A stretch of DNA of 64,000 bases from Octopus vulgaris (lineage: Eukaryota): assembly GCA_951406725.2 (NCBI GenBank), contig OX597842.1:3410001-3474000 (forward strand), in the 5' to 3' direction. The position numbers were made by a program, and so were the translations under genes. The notes under the pieces were generated by a model. It saw only the letters and a list, made by a program, of their open reading frames with translations, made no database searches and was not told where the DNA came from. Of this stretch, positions 28,331 through 42,689 are shown piece by piece; position 1 is the first letter of the stretch, and every line of letters starts with the position of its first letter.

Positions 28331-29231
28331 AAAACTAAAACCTCATCTTGTGTCTGCAAATCGATACTATCTCCGACTCTCGGTTTTAGCTTTAACCGCA
28401 GCAGATTCATATACTTTATGACGTGATATTTCACAGTAAAAATCAAACTGCTTTAATTTGAAGAATTATTTTAGCGGGTGGCTCAGTCCAAGTTAGACTT
28501 CTTAACGATGGGAGGCCGATATCATATCTTTCTGTTGCTAAATGTGCTTCAAAATAGGGGTGGTATTTTCTTGGTGACTGCGTACGAAAGATCTCAAACG
28601 TTACAATACTTAGCTCTAATATGAGTTATCTATACTGATATACAAGCTCGGTGTTGGGCTCGTGGTGGTATCGGTGGTGCTGGTTTGATGGTGGTGGTGA
28701 TGATGGTGGTAGAAGTGAAAGTGGAGATGGTGCTGGCGTTGTGGTTAAGATGTTGGTACGTCTCCGGTTTCTGGATGCCGTGAAATGGAAACTGATCCAC
28801 TTACCAATTATAGATTGAAGTTAACTCACTTATTTTTGTCTTAAACACACACACACTCCCCCACACACACACTCCTCCACACACACACTCCCACACACAC
28901 ACACAAACACTCACGCACACACACACACACACAAGTAAACTCACACACACAGAGACTTATACACAGATATATATATATGTGGCTGTTTATATACACACAC
29001 ACATATATATATATATGTATTATTTGTTTGTGTGTGTGTATTATGTATGTATGTATGCGTGTGTGTGTGTATATATATATATGCATATACATGTATATAC
29101 ACACATATATATGTGTATGCATGTATGTATATGTACATATATATACATATATATATATGTGTGTGTGTGTGTGTATGTATATATACACAATATATATATT
29201 ACACACACACACATACACACATACGTATACA

Positions 29232-29264
<33 letters not shown>

Positions 29265-29447
29265 CAGAAACGTTAGCACACCGGGCGAAATGCTTAGTGG
29301 TATTTCGCCCATCACTACGTTCTGAGTTCAAATTCCGCCGAGTTCGACTTTGCCTTTCTTCCTTTCGAGGTCAATAAATTAAGTACTTGTTGCGTACTGG
29401 AATCGATCTAATCCACTGGACCCCTCCCCCAAAATTTCGAGCCTTGC
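29265..29447 (+). mobile_element. SINE family B
   Basis: cagaaacgttagcacaccgggcgaaatgc...gagttcaaattccgccgag. Confidence 0.85.
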
Positions 29448-29611
29448 AAACAATATATATATAATAGCATATATGCGGATATATATATCACTTATTTTTC
29501 AATTATTCTCTTAAGTCGATCTCTCATCTTTTACTTTCTCCAACAAAAATCATACAACGTCCTCAACATGTTTATGCAGGTGGGCATAAATGTAGGTATA
29601 TAAACATATAT

Positions 29612-30210
<599 letters not shown>

Positions 30211-30640
30211 TTACGTACGCATGCATGCGTGCATGTATGTATGTATACATGTACGTATGTGTGCATCTATCTAAGTATAACTGTGCTTGCCAATCGATGG
30301 CTCTGTCAGTCTCTCTATCTCCCTATCTATCAACATATATAATATGGTTGCTTTTTATATGGCACCAGCACCAGCGCATTTTATGTTGCACCTGCAATGT
30401 GTAGCAATTGCAGCTAAACTCTACAACTTGATTTTTCTGTAAAGAATGAGACCCAAGTTTGAGAATATTCTTCTCAAGACTTTAGAAAGGTTGTCATCAT
30501 CATCATCATCATTTCACGGATATTACTATCTTGGGCCCTAGGACACATGGGGCCGTTTGCCCAGTTATATTTATTTATATATTCGTTATTCCTAGAAAAC
30601 AATCTCAGCGTTGCGACTGCGTTTTTACTAAAAATACTAA

Positions 30641-30690
<50 letters not shown>

Positions 30691-30739
30691 ACACACACAT
30701 ACACACACACACACAATACTACAACTAATAATAATAATA

Positions 30740-30774
<35 letters not shown>

Positions 30775-30832
30775 AATAATAATAATAATAATAAATAATA
30801 ATAATGATAATAATAATAATAATAATAACAAA

Positions 30833-30889
<57 letters not shown>

Positions 30890-31374
30890 TAATAATAATA
30901 ATAATAATAAATAATGATAAATAATAATAATGATGATAATAATATTGTTATAGTAATGATAAAAATATTTATGATAATAATATTATCAATGATAATAATA
31001 ATAATAATAATAATAATAATTTCTTTTACTTTTTTAAGGCTTCTGCCACTCTACCTACCCCCCTACCATCCCCCTTTAATTTCTGTCCTTCATTTATTTC
31101 TATTCATCTCCTCTCTGCCCCCGAAAGTCACCCACTCCTTCCACATTATATCATATCGAAAAAAAAGGACGAAATTCAGCCGACGAATAATGGATGCATT
31201 CAGGTATATGTAATTGCAATTTCCGGGATCAAACTCCGAGCGTGGCCGATATTGCCTTTCATCCCACCGTGGGCATAATGATTAGTTCATATTTAGTCAT
31301 GTATAAATATGCGATCACTCGACTGGCTAGGAATAGAAACCTTATTCTCTCGCTCTTGGCAGATTTACCTCGTT

Positions 31375-31845
31375 GTTGATGATGATGATGATGATGATGG
31401 CGGTGGTGGTGATGATGATGATGGTGAGGATGATGATGATGATGGTGGTGATGATGATGATGATGTTGGTGGTGATGGTGGTGGTGGTGGTGGTGGTGGT
31501 GATGATGATGATGATGATGATATGATGATTATGACGATGATGATGATGGTGATGATGATGGTGGTGATGATGATGATGATGATAGTGGTGGTGATGATGG
31601 TGGTGATGATGATGATGATGGTGGTGATGATGATGATGATGATGATGATGATTGTGGTGGTGATGATGATGATGATGATGATGGTCGTGGTGGTGGTGTT
31701 GATGATGATGGTGATGATGATGAAGATGATGATGATGATGAAGATGATGATGATGATGATTATGATGATTATGATGATGGTGATGATGGTGGTGGTGATC
31801 ATGATGATGATGATGATATTGATGTTGATGATGATGACGATGGTG
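31375..31845. repeat. (GAT/GGT)n triplet tract
   Basis: Visible low complexity. Confidence 0.95.
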
Positions 31846-32243
31846 TGTAGCTCCAGGTTAGTCTTGATCCAACAAACCTATCATATTTATCAAAGACATT
31901 CCATTCGTGACAATCACAACTTTTTAGGGGTTTCCGAAATGATATTATCTAACATTTCATTCATTTTCCTTTTATATGGCCAGATATAATTTTATGGGAG
32001 ATTAGCTTTTCTTTCTACCTCGTCAATCCTCCACGTAGAGGCTTCTTTCATCGCTTGCATCTACACATATATATTATATTATATAATACATATATATATA
32101 TTATATATATAATATAAATATAAATATATTTATATTTACATTATATATACATATATATATATATATATGTATAAATAAACATGCATATATGTATATTAAC
32201 ATTCATATATATATAAATAAATATAATATATACATATACAAAC

Positions 32244-32298
<55 letters not shown>

Positions 32299-32418
32299 TA
32301 TGCATATATGTACATATAAACATACACACACACATATATATATATAGACATACATATATATAAGTATTTATAAAATGGATATATACATATATGAATATAT
32401 ATGTGAGGTGGGGTGTGT

Positions 32419-32770
32419 ATACACGGTGCGTAAAATGTTTGAGGATAGAATTATGCTTATAAAAAAACCCAGATATATAATAACTTTATTTATCAAAAAA
32501 TGCAATAAAAATAAACCTTCATTTCTATAATGTTATTCAATAAAGCCACCTTCATCTTCAACAACTGCTTCTATATGAGATCTAAATCATCTACATGCTT
32601 GAACCAAGTGGTCCTGGTTCGTTTCGGTCTATGGTAGCTTTCAAAGAACCTTTGGTGCTATGGGTGTGTTCATTAATCTCTCTCTCAACAACGCTCCACA
32701 TGTGATAGTACAATGGGTTGAGATCTGGGGAATTAGGAGGCCAAAAGTTAGGGGTTATGTGATTATGGAG
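32419..32770 (-). mobile_element. Tc1/mariner DD37D (maT-like) transposon 3' remnant
   Basis: HITPNFWPPNSPDLNPLYYHMWSVVERE...FRSHIEAVVEDEGGFIE, ending in TA-CACGGTG. Confidence 0.85.
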
Positions 32771-33155
32771 CATCAGGACACTCATGGAAAACCAAAACTG
32801 TGACAGAACAGAACGTCGAAGAGCACTTGTGGGTCGTGAACTGCAGAGATACAGCATTGATGTTGCTGCCCTCAGTGACACACGCCTTGCCGACAAGGGG
32901 ACATCACCGAGGCTGGAGCTGGATACACTTTCTTTTGGTCAGGGAAGGCACCGGATCAACGCAGGGTAGAAGAAGCTGACTTTGCCATTCGCACCACCCT
33001 CATCAAGAACCTGGAGTCCCTCCCTAGAGGAATCAGCGACCGCCTGATGGTGATGAGAATTCCTCTCCAAGGCAAGATGCACCTGACACTCATCAGTGCT
33101 TACGCCCTCACCGGGACCTACGCTCTGGAGCAGACAGAGCTGTTCTATTAGAACC
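32771..33155 (+). mobile_element. RTE-clade LINE apurinic endonuclease fragment (frameshifted)
   Basis: IRTLMEN..RTERRRALVGRELQRYSIDVAALSDTRL..G...GAGYTFFWSG...FAIR...GISDRLMVMRIPL...TLISAYA. Confidence 0.92.
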
Positions 33156-33157
33156 TC

Positions 33158-33256
33158 ACAAAGTCGACCACGGCGGAATTTGAACTCAGAACGTAACGGT
33201 AGACGAAATACGGCTACGCATTTCGCCCGGCGTGCTAACGGTTCTGCCAGCTCGCC
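33158..33256 (-). mobile_element. SINE family B 5' part
   Basis: aaagtcgacc..ggaatttgaactcagaacg...ctgccagctcgcc. Confidence 0.85.
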
Positions 33257-33257
33257 T

Positions 33258-33302
<45 letters not shown>

Positions 33303-33305
33303 CAT

Positions 33306-33343
<38 letters not shown>

Positions 33344-34250
33344 ATACCGCATCAACTGCAATAACAACAAGAATGAAAAGTAAATGCAACAACAAGCAAG
33401 ACAGTAACACCAACAACAAAACAATGATAACGCAAAAACAACAACAATAACAACAGTAAGAAGAACATCAACAACAATATCAACAGCAAGAACAACAACA
33501 ACGACAACGACGACAACAACAACAACCCCATTTGTACCAGCTACTTCATTTTGGAGCATCGCTAAGATACGCTGACAGGACTAAACGGAGCGAGATGGCT
33601 GCCAGAAAAATCTGCTTCCGGTGTCTCAGCCAGGCAGTTAGTACTGTTTCCGGTTAGCCAACAAAGGGATGCTCACATAGGGTGCTCTACGTGCTAGAAA
33701 TAGCAGCCAAATCTCACACAAACCATTAACCAGTCAACTGTCTGTAAATGGTAGGCCAACGGCTAGAAATAGCAGTCAAACTTAACTTCTGAGAAAGGAG
33801 GTGTGGATTGTCATCGCCCTTCGATCTGTTTAAATTTCCCCCAGTTTTAAAACAAAAACAAAAGAATGGCAATATTCGTTTCTTATAATAAGCACAAGGC
33901 TTGGCATTTGAGGTAGGTGGGGCCTAGTTGATTGCATCAACACAGGTACTTCACTAGTACTTATGTTATCAACCCCGAAAGGATGAAAAGCAAAGTTTAC
34001 CTAGGCAGAATTTGAACTCAGAATGTGAACATAAACATACTGTCAGCTCACCACCTTTATAAAAACAGTATTTCTAATCTTATTTATACAAGGCGTGGCT
34101 GTGTGGTAAGAAGTTCGCTTCCCAACTATATGTTTCTGAGTTCAGCCCCACTTTGGGTTGGTATTTATAGCCGCAGACCGACCAGAGCCTTGTGAGTAGA
34201 TTTGGTAGATGGAAACTAAAAGAAACCCGTCATATAGAGATTATGTGTAG

Positions 34251-34304
<54 letters not shown>

Positions 34305-34312
34305 CATACATT

Positions 34313-34357
<45 letters not shown>

Positions 34358-35521
34358 ATATATACATACATATATATATACATACATGGAACAGTGAGAC
34401 TGAGCGTTCAACACTGCATTTGCTGGGTTTTTTTATACTTTTTACTCGTTTCAGTCATTTGACTGTGGCCATGCTGGGGCACTGCATTTAAAGAGGTTTT
34501 TAATCGAAGAAATTGAGACCCCCAACACTTATACTTTACATCAACATCTGGTGTCAAGCGATGTTGGGGGGAACAAATATAGACACAGACACACAAACAT
34601 AAATATATACACACTCATATATATACGCACATTCATATATATACACACATATATGTACACACATACATACACACAAACACATATATATATACACACATAC
34701 CCACACACACATACACATACATATATATATATATGTATATATGTACGCGCACACACACACACTCACACTCGCACACATACACACACACACGCACACATAT
34801 ATATATATATAAGCATTCCTGGCGAACTCCTGTACTTTTACCGTATGACCCATTTGCTCACATGTCCATTTAATCTATTTATTGGGTGCGTGAAGTTACA
34901 GTATACAGAAAGGACTTTTGTATTCAGTGAAGCTTTTACACCACCGGATTGGGTAGCCCGGTTGAAACCGGTGGACTGTGAAGCCACTCGCATTATCGTT
35001 CCTCATCTAAAAGATTCGTGAGAGAGTATGTCCTGTCTCGATTCCTGAGGCCCATTAAGTTGATCCCCCGCTTTCTATGGCGTACAAATGACCGAGAGTA
35101 CAACAACTCCATCCTGAAGGGGACTCGTAGGGTTACTCATTTACAGCTGAAGGGACTGAGCAACGTGTTTTGCTCAAGAATACAATGCACTACCAAGTTC
35201 GAGAAGCGAAACTACGATCTTGCGATCCTGAGTGCACAGCCCCAAATCACTAGGCCACGCACATTCGCTTCGACAGAGAGGGGAGAGAGAGGGGAGGGGG
35301 AGATGGGAGAGAGGGGAGAGAAAGGAGAGAGAGAGGGGCAGAGAGAGGGGAGAGCGAGAGCGATGTGGTGGAAACAAATTAAATAAAAATGGGTTTTAAA
35401 CGTGATAAAAACAGGATGTTATAAACACTATATAATTTTTTAAACAATATAATAAAGTATAATAAAAAGTGTAATAAAAATTCTTTTTAATAAATAAATG
35501 GGGTCGAATATAACAATAATA

Positions 35522-35578
<57 letters not shown>

Positions 35579-35699
35579 GGGGTGACAAAAAACAATTTTA
35601 AAAGCAATGAATGAATAAATAGATAGATAAAAACAAGGGGTAATAAAACTGGGGTAAAAATATTTCCCACTTAAATACGATGAACTCGACTGTAAATAA

Positions 35700-35790
35700 A
35701 TATGAAAAAATATGGCTGACTTCCTCGTTTTTCAATTAGTTTCGTTCCGGGTCTCTCAATTTTTTATCGCCGCCATTTTGTCATTTTTTT
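35700..35790. promoter_or_regulatory. Candidate promoter or enhancer with a YY1 consensus and ETS-like cores
   Basis: GCCGCCATTTTG at 35769-35780, with acttcc and ttccgg nearby. Motif match only. Confidence 0.3.
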
Positions 35791-35799
35791 TCAGCGATT

Positions 35800-36555
35800 T
35801 TTTTCTTACTTTTTTATCTTGTTCTGTCGTTTTGTTTCGGTTCTTGTTTTAGTTATTCTTTTGTCATATTTTACAGCATGTTTTTTCCCTTCTTTTTTTT
35901 ATATATATTATGCAATTCTATAAATCATCTTTTACATATATTTGCTTTGCTTTGCATTTTTCCTTTGTTTCTCTCGTGGTTTCTTTCTATACTCGTTCTT
36001 TCTTTCTTCTATTTATATTTTTCCCATGTACTTTCTTCTTCGTAGTTTTCTTTCCTACTTTGGTTATTTTTGTTTTCTTGCCATTTTCATTCCTTCTTTC
36101 ATCCCAAATCTATCTTCCTCTTTCTTTCTTTTTTCCTTCGTTATCTCATTCTTTTTTCTTTCCTAACCTCTTTCTTTTTTCTTTTCTCCTATATTTTTCT
36201 TCTCTTTCTTTTAAGTTTTCTTCTCTCTTTTCTGCTTTCTTTCATTTACTTATTTTCTTCCTCTCATTTTCGTTTTTTCTGTCTTTCATTTTTCTTCCTC
36301 GTTCTTTCCTGTTTTTTTTTCATCATATTCGTTTATTCTCCTTCACGAATTTTAAAAAATATATTTTCTTCATCTAGTTTTCATTCATATTTTGGCTCTT
36401 CATTTATAATATCCTTCTTTCTTTCATTCTTTCTTTCTCTCTTTCTTCTTTCTTTTTCACTATACACACTTTTCTTCCTGTTTTTCATTCTTAGCTCCTT
36501 TATTTTCCGCCTGCCTATTATTGTCTTCCCACCCGCCTTTCCTTCGTTCTTTCTC

Positions 36556-36591
<36 letters not shown>

Positions 36592-37264
36592 TTTCCTTTC
36601 TTTATTTTTCTCTGTCTCTTTTTCCCGTTATATTTTTTATCTATTTCTTTCATTCTCAGTCAGTCTATCTTTCTATCAATTTCTTTCTTTCCTCCCTTTT
36701 TCTTCATTCCTCTTAGCTTATTTTTCATACCTACCCTTCTTTCAACATTTCATTCTATAATTCTCTCCTTCATTCCTTTCGCTCATTCTTTTCTTTCTTT
36801 CATTTATGTCTTACAATCTATCTCTCTCTTCATCAACTCTCTCATTTACATTCTCCTTTTCTCCTTCTCTCCTTCATTATTTCATTCGTTTTTTTCTTCT
36901 CTCCTTTATTCGTTATTTCTGTCTGCTCTTTTCCTTTTTTCTTTATTTTCTCTTTCCTCCTCTTTTCTATCATTATTTCTTTCTTTCTTTCCTCCTTTCT
37001 TTTTCTCATTTCCATCATTCTGTCTCAACCAAATTTTCTATTACTCTCTTATTTCCTTCTCTCCTTCCTCAATTCCATTTATTCTCTTTCTCCAGTTTCA
37101 TTCATTTTTGGGTTTCTCTTTCCTCTTTACATCCTAACGTCATTATTTCATTTCTCGCTCTTTCCTATCACTTTCCTTCCCTTTTTAAATTCTCTTCCTT
37201 CCCTTCTTTCTTACTTTCATGCCTTCATTTTTCCTTTCATTTATTCTTTCTTTCTTTCGTTTTT

Positions 37265-37309
<45 letters not shown>

Positions 37310-37567
37310 TCTCTTTTCTGTCTTTCTCACACACACTCTCTCGGTCTTTGTGTCTGCCTCTCTCTTTCTCTCTCTCTTTCTTTTCCTCTGTCTCTTTCTC
37401 TCTCTTTCTCTCTCTCTGTCTATGTCTCTCTGTCTATCTGTCTCTCTCTCCCTCCCTCCCTCTCTCTCCCTCCCTCCCTCTCTCTCTCACCTCCCTTTTC
37501 TTTCTGTTTCCGGTTAACCAACAAAGAGATGCTTCCATTTAGTACTCCACGTGCTAGAAATAACAGT

Positions 37568-37615
<48 letters not shown>

Positions 37616-37620
37616 CTCTC
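35800..37620. repeat. About 1.8-kb polypyrimidine (CT/TTTC-rich) tract
   Basis: Strong strand asymmetry is directly visible. Confidence 0.9.
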
Positions 37621-38045
37621 TTACTTCCGTTTCCATTCACTTTAATGTAGTCAAACGATGTAAGTGAAAGAAGAAATTACACTTCCGGTTTCTATATTCC
37701 CAATTACACCAAAACGAGGCTATAGACGCCGTCAATATTTCCGACAACGATAAGGTTTCTATGACATGACTTGTTGTTGTTATTGCTGTTATCGTTGTTG
37801 TTGTCGTTATTGTTGTTGTTGTTGTTGTGGTGGTGGTGGTGGTGGTGGAGGTCATCGCCGTCGTCGTCGCCTTCTTTGTTATTGTCGCTGGCATCGTTTC
37901 GTTGTCATTGTTGTGACGTTGTTACTGTTCTTGTCATTATCATTCTTGTCGTGATTGTTGTTGTTGTTGTTGTTGCTGCTGCTGCGGCTGCTGCTTGCTG
38001 TTGTTTTGTTCTCCCAGTCAATGCAGATCCACAATATAGACACAA

Positions 38046-38228
38046 GGCGCAGGCGTGGCTGTGTGGTAAGAAGCTTGCTTCCCGGCCACGTGGTCCTGGG
38101 TTCAGCCCCACTGCATGGCACCTTGAGCGAGTGTCTTCTACTACAGCCTCAGGCCGACCGAGGTCTTGTGAGTCGATTTGTTAGACGGAAACTGAAAGAA
38201 GCCCGTCGTATATACATGCATACAGGAC

Positions 38229-38260
<32 letters not shown>

Positions 38261-38314
38261 CACACACATATACATACATACATACATACATAAATACATA
38301 CGTACGTACATACA

Positions 38315-38346
<32 letters not shown>

Positions 38347-38605
38347 CACACACATATACATACATACATACATACACACATACATACATATATACATACA
38401 CACACACATATACATACATACATACACACATACATGCATACATACATACACACATACACATATACATACATACATACACACATACATGCATACATACATA
38501 TATGCATACACACACACACGTGTACATACATACATACATACATACATACATACATACATACATACATACATACATACATACATACATACATACATACATA
38601 CGTAC
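38046..38605 (+). mobile_element. SINE family A head followed by about 400 bp of (TACA)n
   Basis: Head at 38046-38208, after which the internal microsatellite has expanded. No tail found. Confidence 0.85.
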
Positions 38606-38839
38606 CTATATACACGAGAATGTGTGTGTGTGCTTTGCTTAGAATTAGGTCAGTGCTATGATTTAATGCGTTCCACCCGTGAATATCTCATCTACTTTGT
38701 ATATCTTGAAGTTCATTTGCGTAGTGTGTTCTTCAGCAAGAATAAGATTTTAGTGAGATTTGGCTGCTACTTCTAGCTGTGTAGCCACGTATAGGCAAAG
38801 TTGTGGCCTCGCACAGTCATTAGTAATGTTATATTGAGG

Positions 38840-39340
38840 CTGGCGGTGGTAGCGGTGAATGTTATGGTGTTGGTGGTGGTTGTGGTAATGGTGGTTGTGA
38901 TGGGGGTGATGGAGATGGTAGTAGTGCTGGTGATGATGGTAATGGTGGTGGAAACTGTGATGGTGATGATAGTGGTGGTGATGGTAGTGGTGGTGGTGGT
39001 GGTTGTGGTGATGGTGGTGGTGGTGGTGGTGATAATGGTGGTTGTGATCGAGGTGATGGTAATGGTGGTGGAAGCGGTGATAGTGATGATAGTGGTGGTA
39101 GTGGTGGTGGTGGTGGTGGGAGTGATGGTGATGTGATGGTGGTGGCTGTGGGGATTGTGGTACTGGTGGTGATGATGGTAGTGGTGGTAGTGGTGATAGT
39201 GGAGATATTGGTAATGATGGTAGCTGTGGGAGTGGTGGTGATTATTATGATATTGTTGTTGTTGTTCTTGGTGGTGGGTGGTGGTGGTGGTGGTGGTGGT
39301 GGTGGTGGTTGTGATGGGGTGGTTGTGGTGGTGGTGGTGA
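38840..39340. repeat. (GGT/GAT)n triplet tract
   Basis: Visible low complexity. Confidence 0.95.
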
Positions 39341-39919
39341 TGTGTGTGTCTGTGTGTCTGTGTTCTGTTGTTTCTGGTTGGCTCTTACAAAACGTTACAT
39401 CCGGGTCATTTGTGCCTCGTCCGAAGATGATACCGGGGGTTTCGGGTGTGCAAGGGGACATTAGGGTATACATGTGTGTGGGTGGGGTAGATGGGGATAG
39501 GGGAATAAAAGGCGGGTGGCTGGGAGAGGATGGGCGGAAGGAAGGAAGGAAGCCAAAACATTGAAAGACGTTAATTATCATGAATGAGCGACAACAATGA
39601 GGAATAAATGAATAACACACACACACATACACACACACACACACGCATGTAGTCATACATACGTAAATTTACACACACATAGACATACATATATAGACGT
39701 ACACATACAGACACAAATATAGACAAACACACATATAGATATATATAGATATGCATAAGTTTACACACACACACATATAGACATGCATATACATACATAA
39801 ATTTACACACGCACACACACATATATACATACACACATTTGTCGTTATATGTGTATATACATAGATGTATATATTTGGTATAAATGTACATATTTAATAT
39901 ATATATATATATATATTAA

Positions 39920-40262
39920 ATTATATAAAAGGGCTTAGTAAAATAAATTACTTCGCCGCATACTGAACTCATTAGAAATAGCAGCTAAAAAACTTTTTTA
40001 AAGCTATTTCTAATACTTAAAGAAAATCTCTCTCATATATAGTGTTTGCCTAATTCAACTCACAAAAGTTTGGGGGTAAGGACATTAAAAAATCAAATGT
40101 CCTTACCCCCAAACTTTTGTGAGTTGAATTAGGCAAACGCTATATATGAGAGAGATTTTCTTTAAGTATTAGAAATAGCTTTAAAAAAGTTTTTTAGCTG
40201 CTATTTCTAATGAGTTCAGTATGCGGCGAAGTAATTTATTTTACTAAGCCCTTTTATATAAT
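39920..40262. repeat. 167-bp near-perfect inverted repeat with a 9-nt spacer (probable Penelope-like inverted terminus extending to about 40358)
   Basis: Arms 39920-40086 and 40096-40262 with one mismatch seen. Flanked by (TA)n, with an unpaired 3' extension of about 95 bp. Confidence 0.95.
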
Positions 40263-40355
40263 GTAATAATTTGAATTCGCCTTAAATGGTCCCTTTGCAT
40301 ACTGAACACTTGGTGAAATTGATTAATAATTAATTAATTTTACCCTCAATTGTTG

Positions 40356-40399
<44 letters not shown>

Positions 40400-40404
<5 letters not shown>

Positions 40405-40690
40405 TGTGCTCACTGTGACCGACCAGGCTATCGGATGTTGCTACACATCGCTGGTTACAATGCGCTTCACATAGTTTTAGCCTTCAAATGACGTCACCCT
40501 GCGGGCTAAGCGAGTAGGCCAACAGAAGAAAGAGTTAGAGGAAGTTGTGGTATAAGAGTACAGCAGGGATCACCACCACCCCCTGCCGGAGCCTCGTGGA
40601 GCTTTAGGTATTTTTCGCTCAATAAACACTCACAACGCCCGCTCTGGGAATCGAAACCGCGATCCTACGACTGCGTGTCTACTGCCCTAC
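40400..40690 (-). mobile_element. tRNA-SINE family E (related copy at 58985-59255)
   Basis: Minus-strand B-box ggtttcgattccc. Both loci share gaaagag..aga..aagttgtgg..aagagt..agcag..ctgccggagcc.cgtggagctt.aggt. Confidence 0.75.
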
Positions 40691-40759
<69 letters not shown>

Positions 40760-41132
40760 ATAGATTCTCCTATTGTAGACGATGTATGAGAGTTCAGCTT
40801 TTGTCAAATGTCCTGCGCAAATGATTTGTTAATAGTAACCAAATGTTCGCGCTGCACATTACCTCATTTCCCTCCGTCAAATGGACTTTGTCTAAACAGG
40901 TGCAGAGTGTAACACGCGTCTGGTGTCCCGTGCGTCAACCCTCGCAAAAATCGAACAGGTTAAAAGCACTGCAAAAAACAAGGCGCGCCACGTGGCAGTA
41001 CGACTGCACAGGAAGACGTCGGTCAGCAGACTGATACCTGCGGACCGCATCTAGTGGCTTCAAGCAGCGGAAGTACAACAGGCTTGTGCCATAAAGAACG
41101 TTTCCGGTTACCTTTGGGTACCTCCACGCGTA
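40760..41132 (-). mobile_element. mariner-like terminal remnant
   Basis: The minus strand starts TAcgcgtggaggtacccaaaggtaaccggaaa, resembling mariner TIRs. Confidence 0.45.
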
Positions 41133-41213
41133 TATATTCATATGTAACTTAACACTCTTAGTCTGTCAATCAGTTTGTCTGTCCGTCCGACAGTTTGTCT
41201 GTTTATCGACATA

Positions 41214-41628
41214 GGCGCAGGAGTGGCTGTGTGGGAAGTAGCTTGCTTACCAACCACATGGTTTCGGGTTCAGGCCCACTGTGTGGCACCTTGGGCAAGT
41301 GTCTTCTATTATAGCCTCGGGCCGACCAAAGCCTTGTGAGTGGATTTGGTAGACGAAAACTGAAAGAAGTCCGTCGTATATATGTATATGTATATATATG
41401 TGTTTGTGTGTTTGTGTGTCTGTGTTTGTCCCCCAAGCATTGCTTGGCAACCGATGCTGGTGTGTTTACGTCATTGCAACTTAGTGGTTCGGCAAAACAG
41501 ACCGATAGAATAAGTACTGGGCTTACAAAGAATTAGTCCTGGGGTCGATGTGGTCGATTAAAGGCGGTGCTCCAGCATGACCGCAGTCAAATGACTGAAA
41601 CAAGTAAAAGAGTAAAAGAGTAAAGAGT
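41214..41628 (+). mobile_element. SINE family A, near-consensus full copy
   Basis: Complete head, short TA/TG core and a tail with (gtaaaaga)n. Confidence 0.95.
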
Positions 41629-42333
41629 ATATCTACCTCAACGTATATTAAATAATAAGGGTAGAAGTTGGTCTTGCTTATTTTTTTACATTTTGTTTTT
41701 TTTTTTTGCTGAGATTTTTCTTGAGAACACACTCTTCATAATAATGGCGATTTGACGTCTATGTTTAGCATGTAGGCTGTCCACTTTAGTGGTCAGTCCT
41801 ATAAATTTTGTATGCCTCTCAACATATATATATGCGTGTGGGTGCATCTGTCTGTCTGCCATATCTATTTTTCTGTTTAGCCACGTGCGTTCAAACACGC
41901 GCGCTCGCACCAAGAGGTGTGTACAAAGCTTAATATCAATACATATTGAGTTCAATCAACTGGCGATTAGTATCGCCATCGCTTAATGAAATCATGATAG
42001 ATATGTGTGTGTGTGTGTGTGGTGGTGGGTTGGTGTGTGTGCAGGTGCGCGTTAAGTGTTTGATTACGTATTTGATTTGTACAGAAACACACACTTACAT
42101 ATATACATACATATATATATACAAATACAAACTTTTACACGTTCCAGCCTGCATACTACACACACACACACACACACTCACACACATATTCTTCCCGAGC
42201 GTTAAACTATTACACCTGCTTGTTGTTCCCTCACCTGTCTTCGTCTTTTGTCTTCTGAACTATACATTTGAACTATACATACATACAGAGATATGTGTGT
42301 GTGTGTGTACGTGTGCACATATATATATACATA

Positions 42334-42443
<110 letters not shown>

Positions 42444-42570
42444 TGTATATATCTAGATTTATGTATGTATGATTATATATAAATATACAAATATATGTAT
42501 ATATATATATACATATATATTTATATATATGTATATATATATGTATATATATATATATGTATATATACAA

Positions 42571-42628
<58 letters not shown>

Positions 42629-42652
42629 ATATATACATATATATGTATAGAA

Positions 42653-42689
<37 letters not shown>

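Noticed and set aside
33620-33720. ETS motif cluster as a promoter
   Set aside because: tgtttccggtta.ccaacaaag.gatgct...gctagaaata recurs at about 37505-37575, so it is at least partly repeat-derived.
35910-37645. Long Phe/Leu/Ser-rich membrane-protein-like ORFs
   Set aside because: A consequence of the polypyrimidine tract, with overlapping ORFs in several frames.
40200-40252. Hammerhead-like CTAATGA...GAAGTAA/TTACTA inside the long palindrome
   Set aside because: G5 and the GAAA box deviate, and stems I and II do not pair convincingly.
41214-41290. tRNA genes at SINE heads
   Set aside because: A/B-box-like motifs are present, but there is no complete cloverleaf and they are always fused to SINE bodies.
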